Source: Ophelia neglecta (Eukaryota). Taken from it: a stretch of 64,000 nt of DNA. The position numbers and the translations under genes were made by a program. Below are positions 26,833 through 40,308 of the stretch, piece by piece. Each line of letters opens with the position of its first letter. Within the stretch, counting starts at the first letter, position 1. The stretch spans positions 73,718,001 through 73,782,000 of the forward strand of contig OZ260666.1 of NCBI GenBank assembly GCA_965285935.1, in the 5' to 3' direction. The notes under the pieces are model-generated. The model ran no database searches. It saw nothing but the letters and a program-made list of their open reading frames with translations, and was not told the origin of the DNA.

Positions 26833-28900
26833 GCGCTATCCAATTGTGACGTCTTAATCTCCGACCATACAGTCCAGATGTCGGACTCAAAGAGCCCAGA
26901 CGCAGTGTTAGCTGATCAATGACACACAGAGGTCATCATTAGTCCCGGGGGAAGCTGCTAGAAATCCACTAGATTTAAATTGTCGACCAAACAAATATGA
27001 GCTGACAGGTTGAAAGCTCACTGACAATCTGTGATAAAGTGAATGCAAAATCAGATCCGGGGAAGGCTTAGATATTCCATGAGAACCGAAAAAAAAGAAA
27101 AGTGTTAAGCCCTGAATGCATAACTGAAGTACGGTAATATCGCAACTATGATGCAACGGTTTTCTTTGTTGTTTTATTCTAGCTTCGCCTCTTAATGTAA
27201 GTGTTCCACAAAAGTAGTTTCATAAATGAGGTTCTTTCTGTCTTCAAACAAGTCCTTATTTTCATTTTGAAGCTAGTTCAATACCTGCTAACCTTCGTCG
27301 GCACTTAAAAACTTAAGTAGCTTGCTTCGTATCATATTTTTGTTTTAAACATCAGCTCAGAGAGGGCAATCAAGTGCAATGGTGGAAGCGTGTGACATGA
27401 GCGGTGCAGTGCAAGGGCAACACCTCGAGATTTTCAATACCCTGTCTGCCATGTGCACACATCTCGCAGCCCTATTATCGTGAAAATAAGACGAATTGAG
27501 ACAAGGGCCTATTGATCTAAGACAGAAGTGGGTCGCTTTGTGAGCAATCTAGAAGATTGGCTGAGCGCCTGTGCCTACACCATCGCTAGCAGACTCACAA
27601 AGAGGACGGATGTAATCTTTATCTCCGGGACACCGGCGGGGACAGCGCTGATCTAGATTTCATGGACATCGATTCAAGGCTGCCAAGAGACAATAGGTGA
27701 AAGGACAAACATTGGCAGGTCTTACGTTTAGGAAAGTTATACCATTAAACTTTGAGTATGAGGGTAGATTAAAAGTGGATTAAAGTACTGAAGGCCAGAA
27801 TACTAGCAAGGAAGCAAACATGTCATGGTTGAAGAAAGCATGGGATTGGATACTCGGCTGACAAAGTCAAATCATTGATAAGTAATAACCCATTAAAACC
27901 TTAATCACCAGGAACCAGCAGCAACAGGCCATCACATATCAGTAAAGTACATTTCACCAAAACATCAAATAAAAAAAAGGTTACAAAAAACAAAAAATGA
28001 GATCACATGCAGTAACAGATTATTATGATGCGAGTCAGATCAAGAAAGGAACGAGACAGTAATGAACGTGGGACAGAGAATACATATGTCTCACCAAAAA
28101 CAGCGCAAATGTGAGAGTTCATGTTATAAACCAAAAAACGGGAGTGGATGCTCAGCTTATAGTATAAAGGCAAGCAGTTTTCCGTTTCGTTTAATTTACG
28201 CGCAATAAGTAGCCTTATTCCGCGCCTAAGACTTCTCACTAGGCGAAAATACCCAACGTTATTATTTATGGAGTAATTGTATACTACAGCGCTTGTCATT
28301 GGCAGTAGGTTTCTGACCAAAGCAAGCAGGCAAAGAGTAACCAGGGCTTTCATCACGATATGTCAATGAATGGAGCATGCGTATGTCAGGCGTCGCATCA
28401 ACAAATATTGAGAAGCTGAAGAATTTCGCGAATCATATCTTACCATACATTTTCGTCATGAAGATTTATCGCCGAGAAATGTGAGAGAGTGAATTCCTAC
28501 AGAGAGATGGGCTTCGTAGGGAAATAACACACGAAAAATATCGCGATCAGGAGGTGTATGCGAAATTTGCGATTTTTAGAAAATTTGATCACAAACATAG
28601 ACTGTTTCGCCCAATGTTTGGCAGAAAATGCGTTCCTCTTCGGTTTTACAGCCGAAATGAATTGTCTATACTTTTCAGGAGTCGGTATCTATAAGTGTTC
28701 TCAAATTGAAGTATTAGATTATGGGGCTGTAAATCTTAATAGGAATTGTAATCGTCTTTCCCAATGATCTAGCAAATTTCTAGCCTGCTCAAATTGCCTT
28801 GTATCATTTGTTCCTCCGGGCCTTGTCGCGAAGTAGGTACAGGTCTGTGAGCAGGGTAGCAACATGAGTTGCTCGGGTAGATTTCTTATATACTTATACC

Positions 28901-29069
28901 CTTCGTAGCCCTACTTCGTAGCCCTACTTCGTAGCCCTACTTCGTAGCTCTACTTCGTAGCCCTACTTCGTAGCCCTACTTCGTAGCCCTACTTCGTAGC
29001 CCTACTTCGTAGCCCTACTTCGTAGCCCTACTTCGTAGCCCTACTTCGTAGCCCTACTTCGTAGTCCTA
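28901..29069. repeat. 13-bp minisatellite (CTTCGTAGCCCTA)x13
   Basis: 13 consecutive units with only two single-base variants. Confidence 0.97.
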
Positions 29070-29886
29070 GACGAAATCATTCTAGAATTTCTATCGACGA
29101 AAATGCAAGTATAAATATAGTGGAATATCATTCGCAAAAGTTACCTGGACGCGTGAATCACACTCTTGACTGTGAATCCTTGCCTTATAGGATTCCTCTC
29201 ATGCCGCGTTCATCATTTTGATTTGGTTATTATTGACTTAACCGTGAAATGCTGCACTTGTTCGGTTTGCAGGGAGCTAGATTTGGTACATAACATCTTG
29301 CTCAGACGAATGAGTACATTAAGTGTTTTTAGAACTGGACTGAGCTTGTTTGACTGGAGGTTTATGTGAGGATTTTCTTCAAGATATTACAGGAAAGTAC
29401 ATTGCAAGCCTATATTAGGAAATTTGACAGGGTGGTATGAAAAAAAACATTCTATGGATGCTGAGTGCCGATTGCAGGAAATCACGACTGAGCGTCTAGT
29501 TTCGAAACAAATGCATTAAAGGTGAACTTACACAAAGTGAAAACAAATAATCAATTGTACATTTAAATAAAATCAGCTATTAGTAAATAAAGAGATATAG
29601 AGTACATTAAGAAAACCAGTCTCTCACGTAGCTTTATGTTATCATAGAAATCCTAGGCCAAATATTTCCAAGTTTATGGAACAGTCTCGTAACAGGTTTT
29701 CCGTTATATTCCTCGCATAAATTTGGTTACTTCCGCGCAGTAAGTAAACTTAATTTCACACAATGTTAGCGGAGTAAAGCGGCCTACTGCGCGGAATTAA
29801 TCGGTGCCTAAAATCCCCCGACTTTATTCTATTGCAAAAGCGACGAGCCTTTAAATCCGACAGGGATGAAGCTCTGTCAGGAGTCA

Positions 29887-30860
29887 GGAACTGCCATGTC
29901 ATTAGCTGACAATGAACTGCCATGTTATAAGCTTTCAAGGAAATGCCATGTTATAAGCTCTTAATGAAGTGCCATACCGTGAGTTGTCAATGAACTGCCA
30001 TGTTATTAGCTGTCAATGTACAGTCATGTCATAATATTTCAATGAAATGCCATACCATTAGCTGCCATTAGACTGCCATGTCCATATCTGTCAGTAGACT
30101 GCCATGTCATTAGCTGTCAGGAGACTGCCATGTTATTAGCTGTCAGTAGACTGCCATGTCATAAGCTGTCAGTAGATTGTCATGTCATTAGCTGTCAGGA
30201 GACTGCCATGTCATAAGCTGTCAGTAGACTGCCATGTTATTAGCTGTCAGGAGACTGCCATGTTATTAGCTGTCAGTAGACTGCCATGTCATTAGCTGTC
30301 AGTAGACTGCAATGTCCATATCTGTCAGTAGACTGCCATGTCATTAGCTGTCAGTAGACTGCCATGTCATTAGCTGTCAGTAGACCGCCATGTCATTAGC
30401 TGTCAGTAGACTGCCAAATCATTAGCTGTCAGGAGACTGCCATGTTATTAGCTGTCAGTAGACTGCCATGTCATAAGCTGTCAGTAGATTGTCATGTCAT
30501 TAGCTGTCAGGAGACTGCCATGTTATTAGCTGTCAGGAGACTGCCATGTTATTAGCTGTCAGGAGACTGCCATGTTATTAGCTGTCAGTAGACTGCCATG
30601 TCATTAGCTGTCAGTAGACTGCAATGTCCATATCTGTCAGTAGATTGTCATGTCATTAGCTGTCAGGAGACTGCCATGTCATTAGCTGTCAGTAGACCGC
30701 CATGTCATTAGCTGTCAGTAGACTGCCATGTCATTAGCTGTCAGTAGACTGCCATGTCATAAGCTGTCAGAAGTCTGCCATAACATTAGCTGTCAGTAAA
30801 CTGTCATTTAAGTAGCTGTCAGTAGACTGCTATGTTATTAGCTGTCAGAAGACTGCAATG
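29887..30860. repeat. 26-bp minisatellite (TAGACTGCCATGTCATTAGCTGTCAG), ~37 units
   Basis: Homogeneous core (~30070-30780) with degenerate ends; variant units recur at 312-bp spacing. Confidence 0.96.
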
Positions 30861-30929
30861 TGCACATCAATTGAAATAATCTCTCTTCATCTTACAATCT
30901 TTGTCGGTCTCTTATCGAATAAGGGAAGT

Positions 30930-31120
30930 CATATCTCGTCGTGGTGTTTGTATGGCCCCCAAGTAAATGTCTCCTGTTAGGTACGACCCTCATGTCACCT
31001 GTCTGCTAAGCCCCAGTGCCAACCGTCAGCTAAGGCCCATTTGTTAGGTAAGGCCTAATGTCACCTGTTAGGTAAGGCCCCAATATCACCTTTGAAGTAT
31101 GTCTCCGATATCTCGTCATT
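30930..31120. repeat. Degenerate ~25-bp tandem repeat (TGTCACCTGTTAGGTAAGGCCCCAA-like)
   Basis: About 6-7 diverged units, bounded by ATATCTCGTC at 30931 and 31108. Confidence 0.55.
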
Positions 31121-34100
31121 AATTGGTTTCAAAATCACCGGCCTCTCGATCTTCCAGAATGGTCCATACTGGAGCCCCGAGCAGCCTCATGTCCACGATG
31201 AAGCCCCGTGACCCTTCCCACAAGTCCTTCCGTTTCCTGTCACGGCCTGTGCCCTGTTTACCCTTTCTCGGAAGTCAAACTGGTCCTTGCGTCCCGAATC
31301 CATTTCAGTGACCGAATTTTGCTTGACAACGCCTCAAACCAATTTGATTAATATCATTTGTCCGGCTCTGGGTGCTATCAACTTTCTTATAGTAATTGGT
31401 TTGATGCGATCTGTAAAGCTAATATCTGGCCCAAACTTAATTTATTAACAGTTAGTTGATGATATAAGAGACAGAGACCAGTCTGAGGCCAGCGAGAGAT
31501 CAGCCTGCCTTGCCCAAGGCGTCCAACAGACACAATTAGTCCATGCGCATGTCAATCAGCTTTGTATTTCCGGCCATTGCTTTGTAAAGTCGGAGCAGAC
31601 ACTGACTGCTGAGATAAAATTAGGTGGCAAATGAAAAGAAAGCCAAGCGACTTGTGATATGATAGAGAACTAAGGTTTTGACAGACAGGTTATAACGATG
31701 CATACTCGACTATGGAAGGCTCCAAACAGACGAACTTAGCAGAATTTGATTGTAGAACTGCTATATTATTAAGGAAACTGTCATATCCTTCTTTTCAACT
31801 GATGAAAGGCATATTGCACATTGTTTATTGATGGATGTTTTACGGGCATAAGATTAAGTCATGGTGTCCCTAGTTTGCTTTATTCTATGCTCCTTTTAAT
31901 AAATATAGGCATGTCAAGAGCAGAATTACCTGAATGTTTTATCCTAGTTAAGAAAAGGCAAAATCAACAAACAAAAGCAGCGACAATGGAAAAAAAAACT
32001 ATCACAGACAGCTCCTAAACCAATGTTAGCTTCAGTTATGGACGAATCCAAAAGTATCAAGGGTCTCGAATGTAGGCGTGTCACTGCAACGAATTGGTCA
32101 CTCTGACACTCCTATAACAATTTTAAATAATGTGGGTGTTTGTGCCGGCTAGTCCATAGTACCTGTTATGGGCAGGTTGGGTTTCAAATTTGGGCTTAAA
32201 ACTAACAATTGTGGTCTTAAACTTAATGCTAGTAAATGGAAACAATCGATGTATAATCGATAATAGGCTATTTCAATCCCTAAACTTGAGAAATCCTCCA
32301 GATAGCCGGCTCAGGACACCTGAATAGTTGAATAGTTGGAATCCTATGTTGGACTGGCTGTTGTGATTGGCAATTTTGCAGATTTTTAATCTCAGTTTCC
32401 GGTACAAAGAAGCATACATTTTATGAAGTAAGAAGAACTCCTGTCTGAGTGACTGTGTAGAAATATGTAACAGGAGAACGCCATTTGCTTGCAATTCGAA
32501 CACGATTTATAAACAACAACATATCTAAGGCCCCTGGGCATTGTGTACTATATAAGGATATGTAAATAGTCCGAAGACTTTAAAGTCCAAGGACAATTAA
32601 TATACCGTGATACCATTTACAGCGACTGCTTCTATCGAAGAAAGGCTGACAATGCGACTGTTATAATGTTATTGATCTCCGATATATATATATATATGGA
32701 TTGATTGCAAGGTAAACCCTTAATAACAGAAAAGTTGTGTCCTGGAATTCAAGGCTAGCCTATCGTGAACATAATAAGTCCGGCCCTCATACATGACTCC
32801 ATTGCACTTTTAAGTTATCTTTTCGCATTAAAATGCTTCAGCTGAACAGTCCAGCTCCACAATAAAACCTTAACAGGTATTAACATTGGCGCTTATAGAA
32901 TGGAACGTTATTAGGTCCACTAAATACATTGGAGACATTGTGATGATGTGAATGTTCTCGGTGCGAATGTCAATAAGCGGCTCTTATAGTGACTCCGCGA
33001 AATTATTATGACGACCTATATTCCGATCTATCCAGCTTTTTAGTTTATTACAACATGCAAGCAGGTCAAAGCTGGAGCTATGGCTTCTGTTCAGTATTGT
33101 CGCTGCTTTATTTTGATCAATAGCTGTTTTCTAGGCTGTAGCGCATCAGAAAAAGGACTCTTAGACCTAGTAATGGGCAGCAAAATACCGTTAATTACTT
33201 GGCATAAAACATTAAAGTATATTATATTTCTTAACTAGCCTGCGTAGATAGATTGGTAATTAAAATAATGTCGATTTTTTGTTTACTCCTGCAATCAATA
33301 TGACTGAGTATAGGGCGATTTAAGCAAAGACCGGCAAATCTCGATTAACTTAAGAGATGGTTTGATTTTCGCATGAGGTAGCAATATATTTAAATATATC
33401 ATAACGGCAGGTTTTCCTAATCATTATTTACCTTGCTCTATACATCAAGCCTCCTAAATATGTATAAATATATGTGCGTCCTTTCTTAGTGTGTTTGCTG
33501 CCTCCTGTGGATCGATAATAACTTTCCCAAAGGTCCATAGCTGGGTAGATCATAAAACCTTTTTTTCTTACTTTTGTTGTCAATTTTAGGAGCTTTGCAT
33601 TCTTTGTGCATATTGTTACTATTCAAAGCTTGACATTCACACTAAATATTAGATTATCTGCGTAAAAATCGCACGCTTAAGTAAATACTGTCGAACATGT
33701 GCAATCGTGTGATTATTATATTTAAGTGGAAAACTGCTATTGATCCGAACGGAGTGAAACAATTGGAAGCTGTTTTTTGAACCCTACAAACACCACAGCT
33801 TTGTACTTTAAAGCAATTTGTCCTCGGCAATGCGCAATAGTATTGAATCATCAGCAAACAAAAAATAATGACAAAAATCAACTAACAGAGCTTACAATGG
33901 AGATGCCTATTCCTACATATTTGCTTTGCTTTTATATATGTGGGTGTACTATGTTCAATAACTATGGGTTGTGTAGATGTAGGGATATTTATACTTATGT
34001 AGGCGTGATACGTTATCCTGTTTAAACATCATTCTGTCAATGATCTCAGAGAAGAGAAATATAAATGCGACAACGTGTCAGTGATTACTGACGAGACAAA

Positions 34101-34713
34101 AGGAAGAGTATACGAGCTTAGAGCTGACTATTTAGAAAAATTCAGGAGTGCGTTTACTTAGTGAACTAGTTAAAGTATAGTGGTAAAATATATAACTAAT
34201 TAAAAATTATGATGACTTGTGTGCGTTTTATGTTAATATATATGGATTAATTGGACTAATCTAGAACAATGTTTTGAATTTATCCGTCAGGTATCCACTC
34301 TTGTTTATTCCGTTTTTAAAGGCAAGGAGATTTCGGCATCATTTAATTCCGCTTTGTAAGTGGCTTTGAGTGAAATAACCCTGCTTACTGCGCGGAATTA
34401 AACGGAATTTATCTAAAGACCACCTGCAAATAAACTTTATACCGCCGCGGGTTTGTTGTGGCTTGAATATGAAACAAATACTAAATTTACGGATAAGTAA
34501 AGGACGACTCAACCTGACAAACCTACATGCTTATGTCCAGCCGTATTTTCATTTGATCACATCTGATTAGCTTGACATGACATAAAAATGTCACAAGATG
34601 GCAGCAATTCGACAATAAAGAAGTAATAGCGTGTAGATAATAAAAACTAATAGCTGGTAACTGGCTCTCGAGAGGGTGCATGACGCCTGCTCTTGTCTGG
34701 CGTCTCCTCTATG

Positions 34714-34724
34714 TGCGCATGCGC
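34714..34724. promoter_or_regulatory. NRF-1/EWG-type palindrome TGCGCATGCGC in a locally GC-richer segment
   Basis: Matches the YGCGCAYGCGC consensus, but such motifs also occur within invertebrate repeats. Confidence 0.25.
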
Positions 34725-37339
34725 TGGTTCCTGATCATGTCGGATTCATTTAGTAGTATATCGAACAGAACCCATGCTGTAGCCAACGTAAATCAGGAGT
34801 ACTCTACCCGATTGGTGTGCCAGAGAATAATTTGCTTGGGAACGTCATGTAGAATATTATGAAAAAATGAATAATTTCATCAATTAATCGAGCAAAGCAG
34901 ATGATGCTTTGCTGATTAGCACAAATTCTTAATGTTCGTGGGACTTGATACTCCGCGTTCGAAATTTATAAGTCTACACTCAAACCCAATTATACTGAAT
35001 CCAGGCTCCAAAAATATTCGTAGTTTTTACGCCTGCTGCCGTTTTGTTGAATCGTGCCATTGTCACCATTCCGTGAGCTCTCTCTTTATCACACTGTACT
35101 GTTTCCTGACGTTTTTTCGCACACGAATTGTTCTGCTAGCGAGCATTCCTGCTATAGTGTAACAAAGCAATATCTTGCATGTTTAAGGTTTGTGCTGTTT
35201 TTATTACTTCACTTTGGGAATCATATTGTTTACCTGATATGGGTGTCTGTTGTATCGATGTCATCCCGATTTACACTGACTTTATGATGCTTTATTGCTA
35301 CCTGAGAGTACGAAATACTACATTTTTAAAGATGTTCAGTCCACCAGCTGTTCATGGAGGGAATGGATAATTGTGACAGTAGTCACAATGCTTTAATGAA
35401 TGAATTATATGGATTCTTGCCTTGGAAATCGGCATGGGTGTTTCTGTTTATTATCTCAATATCGACTGTCGGAAATCAATACAATGTTGCAACCCTTTTT
35501 TAAATGCGTAAAGTTATTCAGCAAGAACTTCGCTGAATCACATTTGTTTTTTCATCTGTTGGCGGCTTTTGGGGGATAGGGTATGCGTTTATTGGGTTAT
35601 ATTATAAAGATATCACAGTTCTTTCTGTTACTAACTTTGATTCTAGTGTGTATTTCACCCTTCCTCCCTCCATGAACCCCGAAAAGAAATTGCCATATGC
35701 ATAGGTGGATACAGGGCAGACAAAGACATTCCGTATATCGTCTTAAGATTGGAGTTAAAATGGACGAGTACTTATTTGTCATGAATATATGCCGATTATG
35801 AGATACGGACCACGATTTGGCGATGCCTAGTCAGCTGATAGCAATTATACTGCCACGTATCGCGACATGCTCCTTATTAGGCTTAAGTATGCACTCTGCC
35901 AGTTTACATTTGGGTTCATGTGCCCTGGGTATATTAGGAAAGCTGGACCAGTTTCATAGAAAGAGAAAAAAGTAGGCTCAGAATGGAGGAAAGATGTGGT
36001 GGGAGTAGGGGTGGGAAGAATAGAGGGCCTTTGCGGTACTCTAGCTAAGAGGGTTGCGGATAAGAAGATAGGATCGTGTCAAGACAGTATGCTTGGGGTA
36101 AACCAGGGTGAGGAGAGGGGGGGGGGGGTAAACGAAGAAGCCAGTTGAAAAGTCGAATGATAAAATCAGTAAAGGAGGGCTGCTTATGTTCTTCTATGAT
36201 ATAGCATATGATTAAGGTAATAGTGTCTGCCCCTAGGTTCCCTCGCGTATGGCAGTTGTGGCATATACCCGCGGGTCTCGAAATTGCTCATGGTCCCCTT
36301 TGCTTTCTTGTCCCTGAATTTATACGATTTGAATCAGATTGCCAACTGTTAGTTCACTACTTACATTTGTTGAAAGATTGTACCTAACGCACTAACTGAT
36401 TCCAGTTATGAAGCCTCTTCCTTAGCGAATTTGGGACACATAGTAATATTACCCGAGGGTTAGAAATTTGGGGGGAGTTGTTGTCCCAGATTGACAGTTT
36501 AAATGAATGACAGATTGACCTCTTTTGCATCACTATGCTGACAATCCTGCACTAATTAAAAAAACATTTGTGCCCTTTTTCTGTAAGGAAAGCTGGGAGA
36601 CAGGGTCAAGCAACTCGCTATGTGATAAAAGGCCACTGGTACCTCATTTGTCAAAATGACTTTATACCATTACTCGTATTAGAGAAAACTAAGGTGATTT
36701 GTCATCAAAAGCCGTAGACTAATAGGTGTGAATGATGGGCTAGGCGTAAAATTGGACGGAGGTGAGATGTAGCGGTGGGCGAAAGTGCACGTAGATCAGG
36801 TTTGTAAGAGTAATCTACATTGCAAATCTGCCTTTCTGCAACATGGACGAGGAAAAGGTCCGAATGAAAGAGACATAAAGTCATTGGCAAAATTAAGGCA
36901 TCGACAGATGAAGGGATTACATTAAGTAAGCAATTGAAAATTTAACTGCTTTTCTACTCTTATATATCTCAGACATGCCATTATTACAATCTAACTATTT
37001 CGTTAAAGAGCTCCCCAAAGGCTGAGTATCTAACACAAGAATGGAGACAAAATGCCCGAAGTGCCCTCGTACAGCCTTAAAGGGTCATTTCTCGAATACG
37101 ATTCTTCTATTTCACTTCATTATTCTTCCATGAAATATGCTACTATTATAGAAACATAAATGTAGAAGCTGTATGGCTGGTGTATGATGATAGGCGAGAA
37201 CAGGCTTAAAGCTGGGAACACAATGTATAGATGCTTCAAAACTTCTTTGACATTTATCATTATACCTCCATAAATTTCAGGAATATTTCCGTGAATTTCC
37301 AACAAATTGTTTTCCTCGATAACATTGCAACAAAATCAA

Positions 37340-37700
37340 CATTATTTTCGTCATAAAACAGTCACTGAATGGACTAAACGTGCATCGATAACATGCAATG
37401 GAAGAATACACAAAAAAGTAAAATGTTTGTTTTAAAAGATCTCTCAATAATCCAAATATTATTTTGTGGGATCATGGAACCAAACATATTTTTTCATAGG
37501 GTAGGGTGTCCTGTAACTGGCTTAACTATCATATCTATAAGAAATCCTATATCGAATCTCCTTATTGTTTTTATGGTGCCCAGGAGTATTTTTAATGATA
37601 AATAAGATTTTTTCCTCTTACCTGGAATTCGCAACAGCAAAACACTTAACTGTGACAGAGGAAATGACGAATTTATAAACAATTCAGGTTCCTGTGAAAA
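37340..37700 (+). mobile_element. Highly decayed CR1-type LINE 3' remnant
   Basis: Fragmentary + frames YFRHKTVTEW and RVSCNWLNYHIYKKSYIESPYC resemble the F..T..EWN and R..CS.LN.HL...I.SP.C.CG segments of CR1-like ORF2 ends; many stops and frameshifts. Confidence 0.4.
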
Positions 37701-39920
37701 TTTAATATGTTTAAAGCCATCCACAGGAGAGACTACCAACCCTCAGTGAGCATCAGAGCCACTCACACTGAAATTTTCCCCCGAAATAAAAATCATTGAA
37801 CACTGATGTCGCTTATATTACACTTTTGCGAGGTAATTAGCACCGTACAAACACGTTGACAACTACATTAAAACAAAATGCTCGTCTAGATACGTAGCAG
37901 CAACGTATCAGTTCTATACTGATCCTGTATATCCCGTTAGTTCAAAATTCATGTGAACCTGCCAACGCTTCTCAACATTTCTTAGACAGTTGAAGAGATC
38001 TAACCTATTCGGGGTTATATAGAAATTTGCGAAGCGTTCTAGCCAGCAACAAATTCTAAATGTACAGCATTTTAAAGGCGGGGAGCGCAATTAACTCTTT
38101 TTAGATGACTTATTCACTGTCCACAAATAAATAGTTTGTATAAAGTTCTAATTTGGCGACATCAAAGTATCTGTTATTGGTCAAATCGTTTTTAATGGCT
38201 CATATGAAAATTACTGCGTTAAATAGAATTTTTCGGAGCTGCATTAATGTTGTTAATAAACAACCAAGTATATCCTTACATGAACAGGTCACAAACCAAT
38301 TGGTCGATCGATCGTAATATCACTGGCAATTGAGATAGCAGTTTTGTAGTGCCATTTGTTTCTATTACGTGTCTCTATCACTGAATGATACTTTCCGTCA
38401 AAACACAAATTATCATGGTCGAGGAATATGGGTCACATTGAAACATTGAGTTTGGGGCATATTTCAGAGTAAATCAGGTAGTATAGTGCATCGATTATTT
38501 CTGCAAGGAAAGTCGAGGAATTCCTCGCCGAGAGTAGGCTTATTTTGCGCATGTAGTTGGCTTATTTAGCTCAATCAATCAATTTATTACATCATTCGTA
38601 AAGAAATTAAAAAAAAAGTCATTGCAATTTTTTTCATTAATTGAACCAGGGATAGGCGGCGTTTTATAGAACTGCAATTAATATTATTTATCTGTGACCT
38701 TTGCTTGGCTGCCGAGTCTCCACTCCCGTAACGATTGATTACCATTAGCCACTGCCGAGAATATGTGTCAAAAAACCAAGAAGGAGTAATATGTTTGTTT
38801 TCTTAGCTAAAAAAAATATCCTTCTTGGTCAAATGAATTTTCCTGTCAGGCGTGTATCAAGACCAGGAAACTGTTTATTCCGGGGCGTCCCTCTATTTGG
38901 CATTCATACCTTCATTCTGTGTGCCGCAGTCAGACGTCTGTGACGTTCTATTGGGTGTACTCCAAAGTCAATCTGCACTTCAGTGTAACTCGGTGTCAGG
39001 CAGCCTGTCGGGTCATATGGGAAACAACTCATCTCTTAAGATGAATGGTTTATTACCCAAGGGGCAAAGCTTACTAGCTCAATTCTCGATAATATTGCAA
39101 TTCGGGATTTTAAGATTTTGACCGACCTCACCACAGAAAAAAAAACATTATAGGAAAGCTGCACTGCGTTTGGTTATCAAAAGTAAATAAAACTGGTCCT
39201 CCTAGACAGGCTTCATAGGTAATTGAGTACATAAACGACCAGTATTAAGAGGATTTTGCAGGGCCCGGGAGAGACTTACGGGGATTATTGTTAATACAGT
39301 GGGCCCTCGGATCCAAAAGCATTCATGGAATGAGAGATAAAGATGAAAATTGGTTCGGACGTAGGGCTCTAGACACCACATTCCTTGGATCCATCGTCCA
39401 GTCGACTGAGGTTTGCCAATACGACTCGCTTGCAATTGGACTGTGTCTCTAGAGAGAATCATTTATGGAGACGCATTGGTGGCTGTTGACCAAAGACATT
39501 AAGTGCCGGGCTCTTTCCGGCAGTCTGGTACGGAGACGTCTCGAGGGATTGGCCCTACTGCTGAATGTCCACTTAGCTCTCGTTTCAGCCCGGTTGACCA
39601 CGGTTGCCTTGTAACATGTGTCGAGTTTTATTCATACAATCACAATTTGAAGGGTGCCCATTGGCGCATTTTATTCACCGTGGCAAGCCATCAACGGTCT
39701 CTCGGTCAGTGGGTGCTTTGGTGGTGGTACAAAAAACAATTTTTGATAAACACCCTGTATTTATGGCATCAAATGGCCATACCCTTGTCATATTGGACAT
39801 TTTTATATTGGAAAGCTTTGGCAAGCCAGCCTAGCTATCGAATTATGCGCACAAATGGGACTAGATACCTGACAGACACACCAGAACATTAATCTAGAAT
39901 AGTCTATTAATCGGTCCGAA

Positions 39921-40075
39921 AGTCATCAGGATCCAGCAGCCACAGCCCACCACACATCAAAGCATCAATTTCCAGCTCCCAAGCAGTAAATAAACATGTA
40001 ATTCAAATAAAGAACACAACTTACAAGATAAAACTTGATACTATTTGCAATGATAAAACAGGTAAATTTATCATC
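39921..40075 (+). repeat. Dispersed repeat family C; other copies at 2049-2118 (minus), ~8895-8955, ~27903-27950 and 47622-47770
   Basis: Shared ATCAYCAGG..CCAKCAGCCACAG..CCACACA...CTCCCAARCAGTAAATAAACATGT; the reverse complement of 2049-2118 aligns closely with 39921-40000. Confidence 0.7.
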
Positions 40076-40090
40076 GTTATTGATATCCAT

Positions 40091-40308
40091 GGCCGCGGTG
40101 TATGGAGTGTGGTGTATTGTGTATAAATGGCCGCGGTGTATGGAGTATGGTGTATTGTATATAAATTGTCTCGGGGTATGGAGTAAGGTGTATTGTATAT
40201 AAATTGTCTCGGGGTATGGAGTACGGTGTATTGTATATAAATTGCCTCGGGGTATGGAATATGGTGTTTTGTATATAAATGGCCTCGGGGTATGGAATAT
40301 GGTGTATG
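40091..40308. repeat. 38-bp minisatellite (GGCCKCGGKGTATGGAGTATGGTGTATTGTATATAAAT), ~6 units
   Basis: Direct tandem units; explains the repetitive ORFs 39965..40321 and 40021..40389. Confidence 0.93.

Noticed and set aside
28671-28715. GIYKC Ig-like motif after an acceptor-like TTTTCAG
   Set aside because: Too short, and joining it to the 2715 donor would create a TGA stop.
29887-30860. CRISPR-like appearance of the tandem arrays (also 43664-44543)
   Set aside because: Units are contiguous with no unique spacers, there are no cas genes, and the context is eukaryotic.
37570-37620. Minus-strand KILFIIKNTPGH resembling the pogo DDE motif (LLxDNAPGH)
   Set aside because: The catalytic Asp is absent, flanking sequence does not match, and the plus strand fits a LINE remnant better.
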